NCBI RefSeq assembly: GCF_004365815.1
Contig: NZ_SODD01000003.1
Coordinates: 82,286-114,285 of the forward strand
Direction: 5' to 3'
DNA length: 32,000 nt
Source of the DNA: Breznakia blatticola
GTDB taxonomy: Bacteria; Bacillota_I; Bacilli_A; Erysipelotrichales; Erysipelotrichaceae
A program made the translations under genes and the position numbers. The notes under the pieces are model-generated. The model ran no database searches, had not been told where the DNA came from, and saw only the letters and a list, made by a program, of their open reading frames with translations. This document shows positions 1 to 11,918 of this stretch, piece after piece. Numbering within the stretch: position 1 is the stretch's first letter; every line of letters begins with the position of its first letter.

Positions 1-585
1 AAGTGCTTGAATCTTATCCTGATCCAAAGCATCAATTTCGTATATATGTGCAAGTTCATCAAAGTCAAATACAAGTACATTGTAATATACATCTTGATGT
101 ACAACTTTCTCTACAGGTAATACACCTACAAGAATATCGACATGCTCTTTACACATTTGACTTAAATACTCTAATTGATTTGTGCTTGCATCTTGGCCAT
201 CACAAATAATTGCGATATCACTTTTTTGTAACTTACTTTGTGCAAGCATACGATACAGTTGCATCTGTGAACCATCTAGTTCCATTTCATGTTCTGTCAT
301 GCTATGCAGCAATGTATCATCTTCATACATCGATACTTGTAATTTATTGTGAGCAGTAATTTCTAGAACTTCAGTGTTAGCAATATCTACAAATTTGGTG
401 GCATCACTAGCTAACATCATCATTTGTTTGCATGCAAGCCCTTCTTGCTGTATGTATGATTGACATTGCAAACCATCACCCATCACTTGATAGGTAATAT
501 GTTCACTATAAAACTGTCCATCTTCATCTGTTTTTCCACGTACTACTTTTTGTAGGTATGGATATAAGGATAAGATTTGTATCAT
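1..585 (-). CDS. Hypothetical protein, N-terminal 195 codons only (gene runs off the left edge)
   Basis: I checked the minus-strand frame codon by codon from ATG 585..583 to position 1 and found no stop. The ATG overlaps the nnr stop (ATGA at 585..582), suggesting translational coupling. It is missing from the ORF track because it has no stop in the window. The sequence (MIQILSLYPYLQKVVRGKTDEDG...) is not recognisable to me. Confidence 0.55.
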   Translation of the reverse strand, partial: MIQILSLYPYLQKVVRGKTDEDGQFYSEHITYQVMGDGLQCQSYIQQEGLACKQMMMLASDATKFVDIANTEVLEITAHNKLQVSMYEDDTLLHSMTEHEMELDGSQMQLYRMLAQSKLQKSDIAIICDGQDASTNQLEYLSQMCKEHVDILVGVLPVEKVVHQDVYYNVLVFDFDELAHIYEIDALDQDKIQAL

Positions 586-2099
586 CTATGTTCCTCCAAT
601 TTCCGTAATACTTGTTGTATTTCTTTTAATACATCTGTTGGTAATAACGAGAATACGCTTTTTCGTTTTTTCACTCGATCTCCAGCATATGCATGTAAAA
701 ATACACCCAGTACTGCAGCTTTTGCAGCATCTTCATTTTGTGCATACAAACCAGTAATACAACCAGCAAGCACATCACCACTTCCACCTTTTGCCAAGCC
801 ATTATTTCCATAGGTGTTAATCCATACTTCATCTTTATGGAAAATCAGTGTTGTTTCACTTTTTAAAACAAGTGTTGCCTTTGGAAATTTCTCCATAAAT
901 TTCTTACCCCAATAAAGAAAATCATCAATCACTTCTTTCGTGGTAATATTCATAATATCTGCGAATTCTTTTGGATGTGGTGTCAATATTACATGCTCAC
1001 GGTCCGTATAATGATCTTGAATTTGACGGAATGCCCATAGACCATCCGCATCAATAATTAATGGTTTTTTACTATCAAGAAGCATTTTTACCATATCAAC
1101 CACAGCTTCACTTCGTCCAATCCCACAACCAACTAAGATTACACTGTATGGATCTAGTTGTGCTTGTAGTTCATCGACTGCTTTAGGTGCAATAATACCT
1201 GCTACATCTGATAAAGGAATAATCATTGATTCAAATACATTGGTCGCAATCACTTCACGTACACTTTCCGGTACAGCACAAGTCATCATTCCAGCACCAC
1301 TACGTAATGCACTTAAACTAGCCATTGTGATTGCTCCACTCATGTGGATACTTCCACCAACACATAATACCTTTCCATAATCTGCTTTATTGGAATGCAT
1401 AAAACGATCTGGTAGGAAATCTACCATTTCTTTCTTGGCAATCAAATGCGTTTTAGGGTGAATCGATTGTATATACATCTCAGGAATTCCGATATCAAGG
1501 ATATGGACATTTCCTGCATGCAATCGCCCTGGATAAATATATAAACCGATTTTCCCAGTTTGTAAGGTATAGGTTTCGTGAGCTTGTACAGCAACACCCA
1601 ACACCTTACCTGTTGCACTATCTACTCCACTAGGAATATCCACTGCAATAATGCGTTTTTCTGATGCATTCATCTGCTCGATTACATCTTTATATGTACC
1701 TTGAATGTCACGATCCAAACCCGTACCAAAAACACAATCCACAAGCACTGTTGCCTCCTCAAATATATCGATAAATGGTACACCTGCAACGACACATGAC
1801 TCGCGATTCATGCGTGTTTCTAAACTTAATTTCGTTGTTTCTAGCGGAAAGATAAATACGTCATAGTCTGCTGCATAAAGTAGACGACTAAGCACATAGC
1901 CATCTCCTCCATTATTCCCTCCTCCACACACAATGACAATCTTTTCCGTTTTCTCAACGTTTTGCACGAAAGCTTCAAATAGTGCATTCCCTGCTTGTTC
2001 CATCAATTGAAGACTTGGAATTCCCCCATCAATAGCCATTTGGTCAACTTCATGCATTTGCTTTCCTGTAAGTATTTGCATATGGCTATTATACAACAA
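582..2099 (-). CDS. nnr: Bifunctional NAD(P)H-hydrate repair enzyme Nnr (YjeF_N epimerase + YjeF_C ADP-dependent dehydratase)
   Basis: 505-aa ORF. The N-terminal half has the VCGGGNNGGDGYV YjeF_N hallmark. The C-terminal half is a carbohydrate-kinase-like domain (GGSGDVLAG). The track start at 2099 is a TTG; the ATG at 2081 (MQILTGKQMHEVD) matches usual Nnr N-termini better. Confidence 0.9.
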   Translation of the reverse strand: MLYNSHMQILTGKQMHEVDQMAIDGGIPSLQLMEQAGNALFEAFVQNVEKTEKIVIVCGGGNNGGDGYVLSRLLYAADYDVFIFPLETTKLSLETRMNRESCVVAGVPFIDIFEEATVLVDCVFGTGLDRDIQGTYKDVIEQMNASEKRIIAVDIPSGVDSATGKVLGVAVQAHETYTLQTGKIGLYIYPGRLHAGNVHILDIGIPEMYIQSIHPKTHLIAKKEMVDFLPDRFMHSNKADYGKVLCVGGSIHMSGAITMASLSALRSGAGMMTCAVPESVREVIATNVFESMIIPLSDVAGIIAPKAVDELQAQLDPYSVILVGCGIGRSEAVVDMVKMLLDSKKPLIIDADGLWAFRQIQDHYTDREHVILTPHPKEFADIMNITTKEVIDDFLYWGKKFMEKFPKATLVLKSETTLIFHKDEVWINTYGNNGLAKGGSGDVLAGCITGLYAQNEDAAKAAVLGVFLHAYAGDRVKKRKSVFSLLPTDVLKEIQQVLRKLEEHR

Positions 2100-2123
2100 A
2101 AAAGAGGCAATATGCCCCTCTTG
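2095..2123 (-). terminator. Putative intrinsic terminator between the small hypothetical gene and nnr
   Basis: Minus-strand RNA reads AAGAGGGGC-AUAUU-GCCUCUUU followed by UUUUG. The stem contains G-U wobbles. Confidence 0.45.
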
Positions 2124-2125
2124 TT

Positions 2126-2548
2126 CTACTTACTTATATAATTGCACCAATTTGTTTGCATCATGTAAGCCAAATGTTTGCTACTATAAAGCATCTCTTT
2201 TGCTCCATCGATCATCACAAAGAACTGTACAACTTCTCCTTCATAGTAAAACTTCACTTCTATTTTATAGTGTTTTTTCTTTACTTGAAAATCATCCATT
2301 TGCACTTTGTAATATACAAAAGATTCATTTCCATCAATACTAGCTAAAACCATTTTATCTGGTCCAACCACAAGTTTATATGGTCTTTCTTCATAATATG
2401 AAGATTGATGATCTTGTTGCATCACAAATGATAACAGGCTTTTCTTTTTACCAAAGGTACGAAAAGCAATCATCGTATTTTGATTTGGTTCTATTTCATG
2501 AGATTGTGCAAAGACTTCCATGTCTTTTTCTGTTGGTAGTTGCATCAT
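2126..2548 (-). CDS. Hypothetical cytoplasmic protein (~140 aa)
   Basis: ORF 2126..2584. AAGGAG lies just upstream of the tandem ATGs at 2548/2545 (MMQLPTEKD...), so the real start is probably there rather than at 2584. No recognisable motif. Confidence 0.55.
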   Translation of the reverse strand: MMQLPTEKDMEVFAQSHEIEPNQNTMIAFRTFGKKKSLLSFVMQQDHQSSYYEERPYKLVVGPDKMVLASIDGNESFVYYKVQMDDFQVKKKHYKIEVKFYYEGEVVQFFVMIDGAKEMLYSSKHLAYMMQTNWCNYISK

Positions 2549-2611
2549 ATACTCCTTATCTATATATAGTATAGTCACATGCAACTATAAAACAACAGTT
2601 CTTCCTAGGAT

Positions 2612-3211
2612 TTATTTCTGGAATTTACTAAACAAATGCACATAGCGATCCACTAATGGACCTGTTGTTAAGAAACAGAAAATTGTTCCTACACCAACAA
2701 CTCCACCAAGCATAAATCCAACTGCAACTAAAAAGAAGTCAACACCCATTCGCGCGATACGAAAACTGATTTTCGTTTTCTCTTCTATATAATATGCGAT
2801 TGCATCAAATGGATTCATTCCTTGCTTATAAATAATCAATAATGCATACGATGCACATAAAATACATTGTGCCAAAATAATGATAATGACTTTAATTGCA
2901 ACATCCATTTGTCCAAGTTGTTCTATGCTAATGATACTGCAGAAAAAATCGATAGCAAATCCTGCCAATGCATTATAAACAATCGACATCCATCCCATCT
3001 TATCGCGTGCCACAAGAAGTCCAATCGCAATAAAAATAATACTTGTAATACGTGATCCCCAACCTAAGGATACATGTAAACTCTTATGTAATCCTTCATT
3101 AAATACCGTAATTGCATCACTACCTAATCCTGCACCAACAAATAAGGTACAACCCAATCCAAGTAGCATTACAGCAACAAATAATACCAACCATGCCTTT
3201 ATATCTTTCAT
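2612..3211 (-). CDS. YczE/YitT-like integral membrane protein
   Basis: 199 aa with multiple TM segments. Pattern AGLGSDAITVFNEGL ... MLGGVVGVGTIFCFLTTGP resembles the B. subtilis YczE family. RBS AGAGGAG lies 5 nt upstream of the ATG. Confidence 0.7.
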   Translation of the reverse strand: MKDIKAWLVLFVAVMLLGLGCTLFVGAGLGSDAITVFNEGLHKSLHVSLGWGSRITSIIFIAIGLLVARDKMGWMSIVYNALAGFAIDFFCSIISIEQLGQMDVAIKVIIIILAQCILCASYALLIIYKQGMNPFDAIAYYIEEKTKISFRIARMGVDFFLVAVGFMLGGVVGVGTIFCFLTTGPLVDRYVHLFSKFQK

Positions 3212-3225
3212 GTTCTCTCCTCTAT

Positions 3226-3277
3226 CAAAAAAAACCTACGCCAAAAATAACTGCAAGGTTATCCTGGGTAGGTTTTA
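3226..3277 (-). terminator. Intrinsic terminator/attenuator about 15 nt upstream of the YczE-like start
   Basis: Minus strand: AAAACCTACCC...(inner ATAAC/GTTAT helix)...GGCGTAGGTTTTTTTT, i.e. an outer ACCTAC/GTAGGT stem plus a U8 tract. Possibly the original terminator of the cel operon (see the direct-repeat finding). Confidence 0.6.
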
Positions 3278-3320
3278 ACTTGTCTTAACATGAAGTAATT
3301 TAGCACAGAACTATAAAAAT

Positions 3321-3363
3321 GTAAATCACTTCCAACATTTTTTTGTGTATATACTAAATAGAA
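3321..3363. repeat. Direct repeat copy 1 (GTAAATCACTTCCAACAT7GTGTAT + degenerate extension)
   Basis: 30 nt identical to 8279..8307 apart from the T-run length (7 vs 6). Weaker similarity continues about 12 nt further (gtgtatatactaa vs gtgtatttataa). Confidence 0.85.
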
Positions 3364-3407
3364 AATAATGACATCTATCAATATATGTTATTTTTATAAA
3401 AATAACT

Positions 3408-3456
3408 AAAAAAACCACAAAATAGTAAGTTATGTACTGTTTTTGTGGTTTTTTGT
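3408..3456 (-). terminator. Bidirectional intrinsic terminator ending the bgl operon
   Basis: Perfect 12-bp stem AAAACCACAAAA / TTTTGTGGTTTT (3411-3422 / 3441-3452) with T/A runs on both sides. Confidence 0.75.
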
Positions 3457-3507
3457 ATTTTGATTAACTACTTCTAACTTTAGCTCACTATTTGCTAAAC
3501 ATAATTA

Positions 3508-4001
3508 CTATTTGTTAATCTTATTTGCTCTTTCTACAATAGTTGGATCAATAAAATCTATTTTGTAATCATCTTTTGCTTTATCAGTTACTATTATCAT
3601 AATAGTTGTGTCATGACCTTCTTTTTTTACTTCGCTCAAATCTACATCTATAATCTTCTGTCCTGCCGCAACTTCATCACCTTGCTGTACAAAACATTTA
3701 AATCCTTTACCATTCATTGATGATGTATTTATTCCAATGTGAATTAAATATCCGTTACCATTCTTTCCCATTATTCCAAAAGCATGTCCAGTTGGATATA
3801 ATGCAACAATAGTTCCATTTACGGGTGAAACAACCGTTCCATCAGAAGGAATAATACCAATCGTCTGTCCCATCATCTCTTGTGCAAATACTCCATCATT
3901 GATTTCAGATGCAGGAATTATCTCTCCATTCACTGGAGATACTACATCTGTATCAGCAAATAGTTGCAATTCCTTTTTTCCTAGTTTCTTAAGTAAACTC
4001 A

Positions 4002-4002
<1 letters not shown>
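3508..4002 (-). CDS. PTS glucose-family EIIA component
   Basis: EIIA-Glc motifs PTGHAFGI and YLIHIGINT (two conserved His). The likely start is MSLLKKLG at 4002, overlapping the bglH stop by 1 nt (TAATG). The longer track ORF to 4047 lies inside the upstream gene. Confidence 0.85.
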
Positions 4003-5516
<1,514 letters not shown>

Positions 5517-5527
5517 CTATCTTTGGT

Positions 5528-7120
5528 TTATATTTCATTTTTCTCGTTATATGTAATCCATGTAATTATTGCAGTAACAACAGCTCCAACTACAACTGAT
5601 GCAATCATAAATATAACATTCATAGAATTCTCTCCTACAAATCCTGTCACAGTAAAGAATACTCCACCCATTACTATTTGATATGCAATAACCTTTGTTA
5701 ACGCAAGCACAATTGCTCCAGCAGCATTTCCAATCATTGCCGCAATTAATGGTGTTCTCAGTTTTAAATTTACACCAAATAGTGCAGGTTCAGTAACTCC
5801 TGCAACGATTGCAGTTACTGTGCTAGACATTGCATTTGTTTTTAGCTCACGATTCTTACTTTTTAGTGAGACGACTAATGTGGCAACACCTTGATTTGTA
5901 TTACTAATTACGATACATAACCATAAAAACGGTTCATACCCCAATGTTGCATACAATCCAAATACAACTGGTACAATCGCTGCATGCATACCAGTAATAA
6001 CCATAATTGGGTACAAGAATGCAAATAATACTATTGCAACAATTCCTGTTTTATCGTATAACCACATAATAAAATCAGATAAGTAAGTTCCTAATACTGA
6101 TCCAAGCGGTGCTAACACACACAATGTAAGTGGAATCATAACAAGAATTGTTAAAAATGGTACACTAATATCCTTAATTATTGCAGGAGAATGCTTTTCA
6201 ATAAACCTTTCTACATGTGACATCACAAATACTGCCATAATTGAAGGAAATAATGTTGATGCATATGATCCTGCATATACTGGTAATCCAAACAAAGATA
6301 ATTCAGTCCCTGAAGTTACATATGTAATAAATGTAGGTGAAATTAACATAGCACATAAGAACATAGCAATATAAATATTACTATTGAAACGTTTTGCAGC
6401 TGCAGCACCTACATAAATTGGCATGAAGTAAAATGCTGCGTCCGCTGCAAATGATAAAACTAAATATGTAGAACTTGTTTCTGTAATCAAAGGTGTATAA
6501 AGCAATAATATTAATAATACTTTTAATAACCCCGCAGCCACAAAAACATTGATCATAGGATATAAACAAGCTGATATAGTTGCAGTAAAATCAAGAAATT
6601 TCTCTTTAACCCCACTTTTCTTTTTAGCATCATTAACTTCTTCAATCATATCCTCTTTTTTAAAATCATAACTTCTGCAAATTGCGTCATAAACCTCACT
6701 AACAAATGGCCCAACAATTACTTGAAGTTGATTACCACTCCAATTGACACCAATAACTTCATTTATTGTTTTAATTTCTTCATCACTTACTAATGATTTA
6801 TTTTTAATTGTAAACCGCAACCTTGTAACACAGTGTGTAAAATAATTAACATTTTCTTTTCCACCAACAAGTGTAATGATCTTGTCAGCTAATTCACTAT
6901 AATTTTTAGACATATTTTTTTCCTCCGATTTTTTGGTATTGAAAGATATGATAACTCTGTTTCTTTTCATCTGAACACTTTCAATTGTTATCATTTCTTT
7001 AATTTTAAGAGAATTTACTAATCCAGCATCCTTAATAAAGACGTGTAACAGTTCATCTTTTTTTTCTGATTTAATGATATTTTCCTTACCACCTAATAAC
7101 TCTATTAATTCAATTTTCAT
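5528..7120 (-). CDS. bglP: PTS beta-glucoside EIIBC permease with an extra degenerate N-terminal EIIB-like domain
   Basis: 530 aa. The canonical EIIB (GGKENVNYFTHCVTRLRF, active Cys) starts at residue ~70 and is followed by a multi-TM EIIC. Residues 1-69 repeat the GGKEN fold pattern but lack the Cys. Strong RBSs precede both ATG 7120 and the in-frame ATG 6913. Confidence 0.85.
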   Translation of the reverse strand: MKIELIELLGGKENIIKSEKKDELLHVFIKDAGLVNSLKIKEMITIESVQMKRNRVIISFNTKKSEEKNMSKNYSELADKIITLVGGKENVNYFTHCVTRLRFTIKNKSLVSDEEIKTINEVIGVNWSGNQLQVIVGPFVSEVYDAICRSYDFKKEDMIEEVNDAKKKSGVKEKFLDFTATISACLYPMINVFVAAGLLKVLLILLLYTPLITETSSTYLVLSFAADAAFYFMPIYVGAAAAKRFNSNIYIAMFLCAMLISPTFITYVTSGTELSLFGLPVYAGSYASTLFPSIMAVFVMSHVERFIEKHSPAIIKDISVPFLTILVMIPLTLCVLAPLGSVLGTYLSDFIMWLYDKTGIVAIVLFAFLYPIMVITGMHAAIVPVVFGLYATLGYEPFLWLCIVISNTNQGVATLVVSLKSKNRELKTNAMSSTVTAIVAGVTEPALFGVNLKLRTPLIAAMIGNAAGAIVLALTKVIAYQIVMGGVFFTVTGFVGENSMNVIFMIASVVVGAVVTAIITWITYNEKNEI

Positions 7121-7179
7121 AATAAACCTCCTTTAATAAACAAAATTGATAAATAGCTGCGCGCTTAACTATTTCTCAA

Positions 7180-7253
7180 AAATAAAATCCAGAGCAACTT
7201 AAAAATACTTTTAAGTTGCTCTGGATATCGCACCTTATTTAGGTTAACACTCC
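7180..7253 (-). promoter_or_regulatory. RAT-like element overlapping a perfect terminator hairpin (LicT antitermination target)
   Basis: Minus strand: GGAGTGTTAACCTAAATAAGGTGCGATATCCAG (RAT-like, 7253..7222). It overlaps the 5' arm of a perfect 18-bp stem (7226..7209 / 7204..7187, loop GTAT), which is followed by UUUAUUUU. Confidence 0.8.
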
Positions 7254-8075
7254 TTAGCCTTTTATTCTATTAATGTGTAACATTAAATATAACACTTCAT
7301 CATCATTACATTTCCAACCCCAGGTACCCTCTAGATAGTTTGCAATTGACTTTGCACATTCATAAATTAGAGGATATTCTTTTGTAAGAGTATTTAACAT
7401 CATTTCATTCTTTACTTCAACCGATTGATTGCTTGACAGCCTTTGAATGAGATATCTTAAATGAGCTACTAACCTGGAATATTCATAGCTATTCTTATCT
7501 AACTTATAATTTAGATAACTTTCAATAATGTTTTCTACTTCATTCAAGATTTTAGTTGTCTTCATTACCTGTGACAAATCTTCTACTTTCGATTCAGCAT
7601 TAATCAAATGCATAGCTATATTAACAGCCTCAGTATCCGGTAGTGTTATTTTTGTCTTATCTTTAAAGACTTCTAAACCTCTTTTTCCAATTTCTGTTTC
7701 TTTTGGATAAAGATGTTTAATATCATAAGCAATCGCACCAGTTAAATCCATCCCTTTTTTCAATCTATTAACAGCAAAATTCAAATGATCTGCTAAAGTG
7801 AATGGAAGATTCGGGTTTAGCTCAGCACCCAATTCTAACTCTGCCATTTCAGCTATTTCAGCACTTGCTAATAATATTGATTGAGGTAACCCTTCAATCA
7901 TTCCAAAATACCTAGAATTTACATCATAAAACGTTTTTTCAATTCTTGATAAATCAGTTAGTTCATATGGAACAGAAGGAAATCCTATTCCTTTACCTAA
8001 TACTACAATTTCATTCCCAGCTGAATCAAGGGCAATTGCAGCTGAAGTATTAATTTTCTTTATTATTTTCATCAA
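7254..8075 (-). CDS. licT: BglG/LicT-family PRD transcription antiterminator
   Basis: 273 aa. N-terminal CAT RNA-binding domain (KKINTSAAIALDSAGNEIVVLGKGIGF) followed by two PRD regions (AMHLINA..., VAHLRYLI...). Confidence 0.9.
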   Translation of the reverse strand: MMKIIKKINTSAAIALDSAGNEIVVLGKGIGFPSVPYELTDLSRIEKTFYDVNSRYFGMIEGLPQSILLASAEIAEMAELELGAELNPNLPFTLADHLNFAVNRLKKGMDLTGAIAYDIKHLYPKETEIGKRGLEVFKDKTKITLPDTEAVNIAMHLINAESKVEDLSQVMKTTKILNEVENIIESYLNYKLDKNSYEYSRLVAHLRYLIQRLSSNQSVEVKNEMMLNTLTKEYPLIYECAKSIANYLEGTWGWKCNDDEVLYLMLHINRIKG

Positions 8076-8094
8076 TTACCCATCCTTAAAAAAA

Positions 8095-8215
8095 TCCTTG
8101 ATTGCATACTACCCGACAAAAAAATCTTGTAAGTAGCGCCTCCAAGGAGTATCACCTATGTTTTAAGTTTGCTTTATTTATGCTGTAAGTAATCGCCCAC
8201 TGAAGGTAACGACCT
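8095..8215 (-). promoter_or_regulatory. licT leader with two tandem RAT-like elements
   Basis: Minus strand: AGGTCGTTACCTTCAGTGGGCGATTACTTACAG (8215..8183) and AGGTGATACTCCTTGGAGGCGCTACTTACAAG (8157..8126). Their 3' halves are near-identical. An imperfect hairpin CTACTTACAA/TTGTCGGGTAG follows. I could not define the terminator cleanly. Confidence 0.4.
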
Positions 8216-8278
8216 CTTAGCAACATTAATGTATCATATTATTTTCATATATGCAAGAGCTCTCTTGAATTACTTAGT

Positions 8279-10083
<1,805 letters not shown>

Positions 10084-10100
<17 letters not shown>

Positions 10101-11397
10101 TTGGTGTTCCTTCTGCTTGTTCTTCCGCATACTTCGCTTTATCAAACATACGTAAGAATGGGTAGTAAATCACCATATTGATAAGTAGCATGATAATAAC
10201 AAGCACAAATGCTTTCCAGTCTAATGTTGCAATCATTGCACCAATTGGAGCAGGTGATGTCCATGGAGCTGCAATCGTTGCCATATTTACTAACCCTGAT
10301 GCAGTAGCCAACCAACCAATTACAATATTTACCATTGGTGCAATCATAAATGGAATGATTAAGATTGGGTTTAAGAAAATTGGTAATCCAAAGATTAATG
10401 GTTCATTAATGTTAAACAATGATGGAATAAACGCAACCTTACCAACATCTTTTACTTGTTTTGATTTTGCCTTAAGTGTAAGAATTGCTAATCCTAAAGT
10501 AGCTCCTCCTCCACCAAGTGCAGCATAGAATGCCCAGAATGGTTGTGTATAAATTTGTGTTGCTTGTAATCCGTTAGCAACCAAGTTTGCATTTTCTGCA
10601 ATATTCATCGCTTCTAATGGATCTAGAACAGGCCCAACTACCGTTGTTGGGTGAACTCCAAATCCAAATAGTAAGTTTTCAACTCCAGTAAGCAATGTAA
10701 CTGAAATTAAGTTATCTACACTTGCTTTAATTCCACTAAATAAGTTAAAGAATACATCTGGTAATAATTGTCCAGTTGTTGCCTGACAAATCAAACTTAG
10801 TGAATAAAATAAAATTAAGTTAATTCCAAATGGAAATAATGATGCAAATGAGTTTGCTACAATTGGTGGAACTCCTGCTGGCATTTTAAATGTCCAACCT
10901 TTGTTTTCCACGAAATTCATAATTTCTGTACCAATCAATGCAACAAATGCAGCTAGTAAAATTCCTTTTCCATCAAATGCTGCAGTTGGAATCGCACCAT
11001 CTGTAACCGGTGCACAAACAAGAATGTAAATCGATACGTTTGCAATTATATAGTTTAATGGTTTCTTTCCGTAATGTGATGATAATGAGTATGTTGAACC
11101 CACACATACGAATAACGATAAGATAGCCATCGTTGCACTAAATGGTGCTAAAATTGCTGACATATTTGCATTTGCCCAGTTGTACCAAGCAAGTAAGAAA
11201 TCTCCAAGTAATGGAATATCCGGCATATTTTCTGGACTCACTGGTGGACACGCTAATATAAGAAATATACTTCCAATAATCGTAAGTGGCATTGCTGATA
11301 CAACACCATCTCGTATTGCCAATAGATGTCTTTGTTGACCAAAGAAATTTGCTACAGGCATCAGTTTTGCTTCTAGCTTATTAAAAAACCCTGTCAT
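10084..11397 (-). CDS. PTS lactose/cellobiose-family EIIC permease
   Basis: 437 aa polytopic membrane protein. The N-terminus MTGFFNKLEAKLMPVANFFGQQRHLLAIRDG is typical of CelB/LicC-type EIIC. Confidence 0.9.
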
Positions 11398-11419
11398 ATT
11401 ATATTCTCCTCTTTTTAAT

Positions 11420-11716
11420 TTATAAACTTCGAACGGAATTCAAAATCTTTTCTCCATTGCATGTCCCATATGCAACAGAATCAATGTCAAGTACAGTAAT
11501 GTCGTATGGTGCTGCAATTTCTTCCAACATTTTTCGTTGGTAGCGAATTTGTGGTGCCATTAAAATCACATCATACTTTCCTACACTCTCTTTTACTTCT
11601 TGAATGGATTTCGCTTCAATAAACCAATCCGCTTCACTTTCTGTCAAAGCATTTTTCATTGCTTCGACAAGTATGCTTGTAGATGCTCCACAAGCACAAA
11701 CTAATAAAATATTCAT
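11420..11716 (-). CDS. PTS lactose/cellobiose-family EIIB
   Basis: MNILLVCACGASTSILV carries the active-site Cys signature. RBS AAAGGAGG precedes ATG 11716. The longer track ORF to 11764 has no RBS. Confidence 0.85.
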   Translation of the reverse strand: MNILLVCACGASTSILVEAMKNALTESEADWFIEAKSIQEVKESVGKYDVILMAPQIRYQRKMLEEIAAPYDITVLDIDSVAYGTCNGEKILNSVRSL

Positions 11717-11783
11717 GTAAACCTCCTTTGTGTTTCCTCTACTTCCAGTTATAGCATGTATCATTTTCTATGTCGTTGTTCTC

Positions 11784-11870
11784 TTTGTCCGTTATATTGT
11801 GGACAAATTTAGACAAGTTATAAATCCTTTATTTATCGCATTTTTTTAGCCTCCGCGAATCTTGTGGACA
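11784..11870. promoter_or_regulatory. Divergent cel/licR control region with repeated TTGTGGACA boxes
   Basis: TTGTGGACA occurs at 11797-11805 and 11862-11870. The first copy forms an inverted repeat with TTTGTCC (11784-11790). An extended -10 TGGTATGAT (11887-11895) serves the plus-strand regulator. Confidence 0.4.
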
Positions 11871-11918
11871 TTTCTTATGATGGCAATGGTATGATGTTAC
11901 TAACATAGAGGACATTAT

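Noticed and set aside
3-209. Plus-strand ORF of 68 aa at the left edge.
   Set aside because: It lies antisense to a continuous minus-strand frame (585..1) that is ATGA-coupled to nnr. It has no RBS and a His/Gln/Val/Leu-rich, odd-looking composition typical of a shadow ORF.
3226-3320. Considered a riboswitch in the YczE-like gene leader.
   Set aside because: The segment before the terminator is short, and I see no match to riboswitch cores I know (preQ1, fluoride, guanidine, purine, TPP, FMN, SAM) and no obvious antiterminator alternative. It is better explained as a displaced operon terminator.
8120-8205. Looked for CcpA cre sites (TGWAANCGNTNWCA) near the bgl and cel promoters, for example TGTAAGTAGCGCC and TGTAAGTAATCGCC.
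   Set aside because: The central CG is out of register in each candidate, so none fits the consensus well enough to report.
10178-10528. Plus-strand 116-aa ORF, plus similar internal or antisense ORFs (577..813, 2152..2347, 2380..2574, 2867..3055, 3899..4210, 5370..5681, 6381..6569, 7528..7710, 8895..9083, 12619..12849, 13397..13669, 16296..16758, 18219..18512, 20165..20350, 23822..24436, 24848..25350, 25806..26155, 27210..27472, 28215..28412, 29820..30304, 30358..30927, 31320..31544).
   Set aside because: All are nested in or antisense to long ORFs with clear family motifs. They lack RBSs and have low-complexity or hydrophobic shadow compositions.
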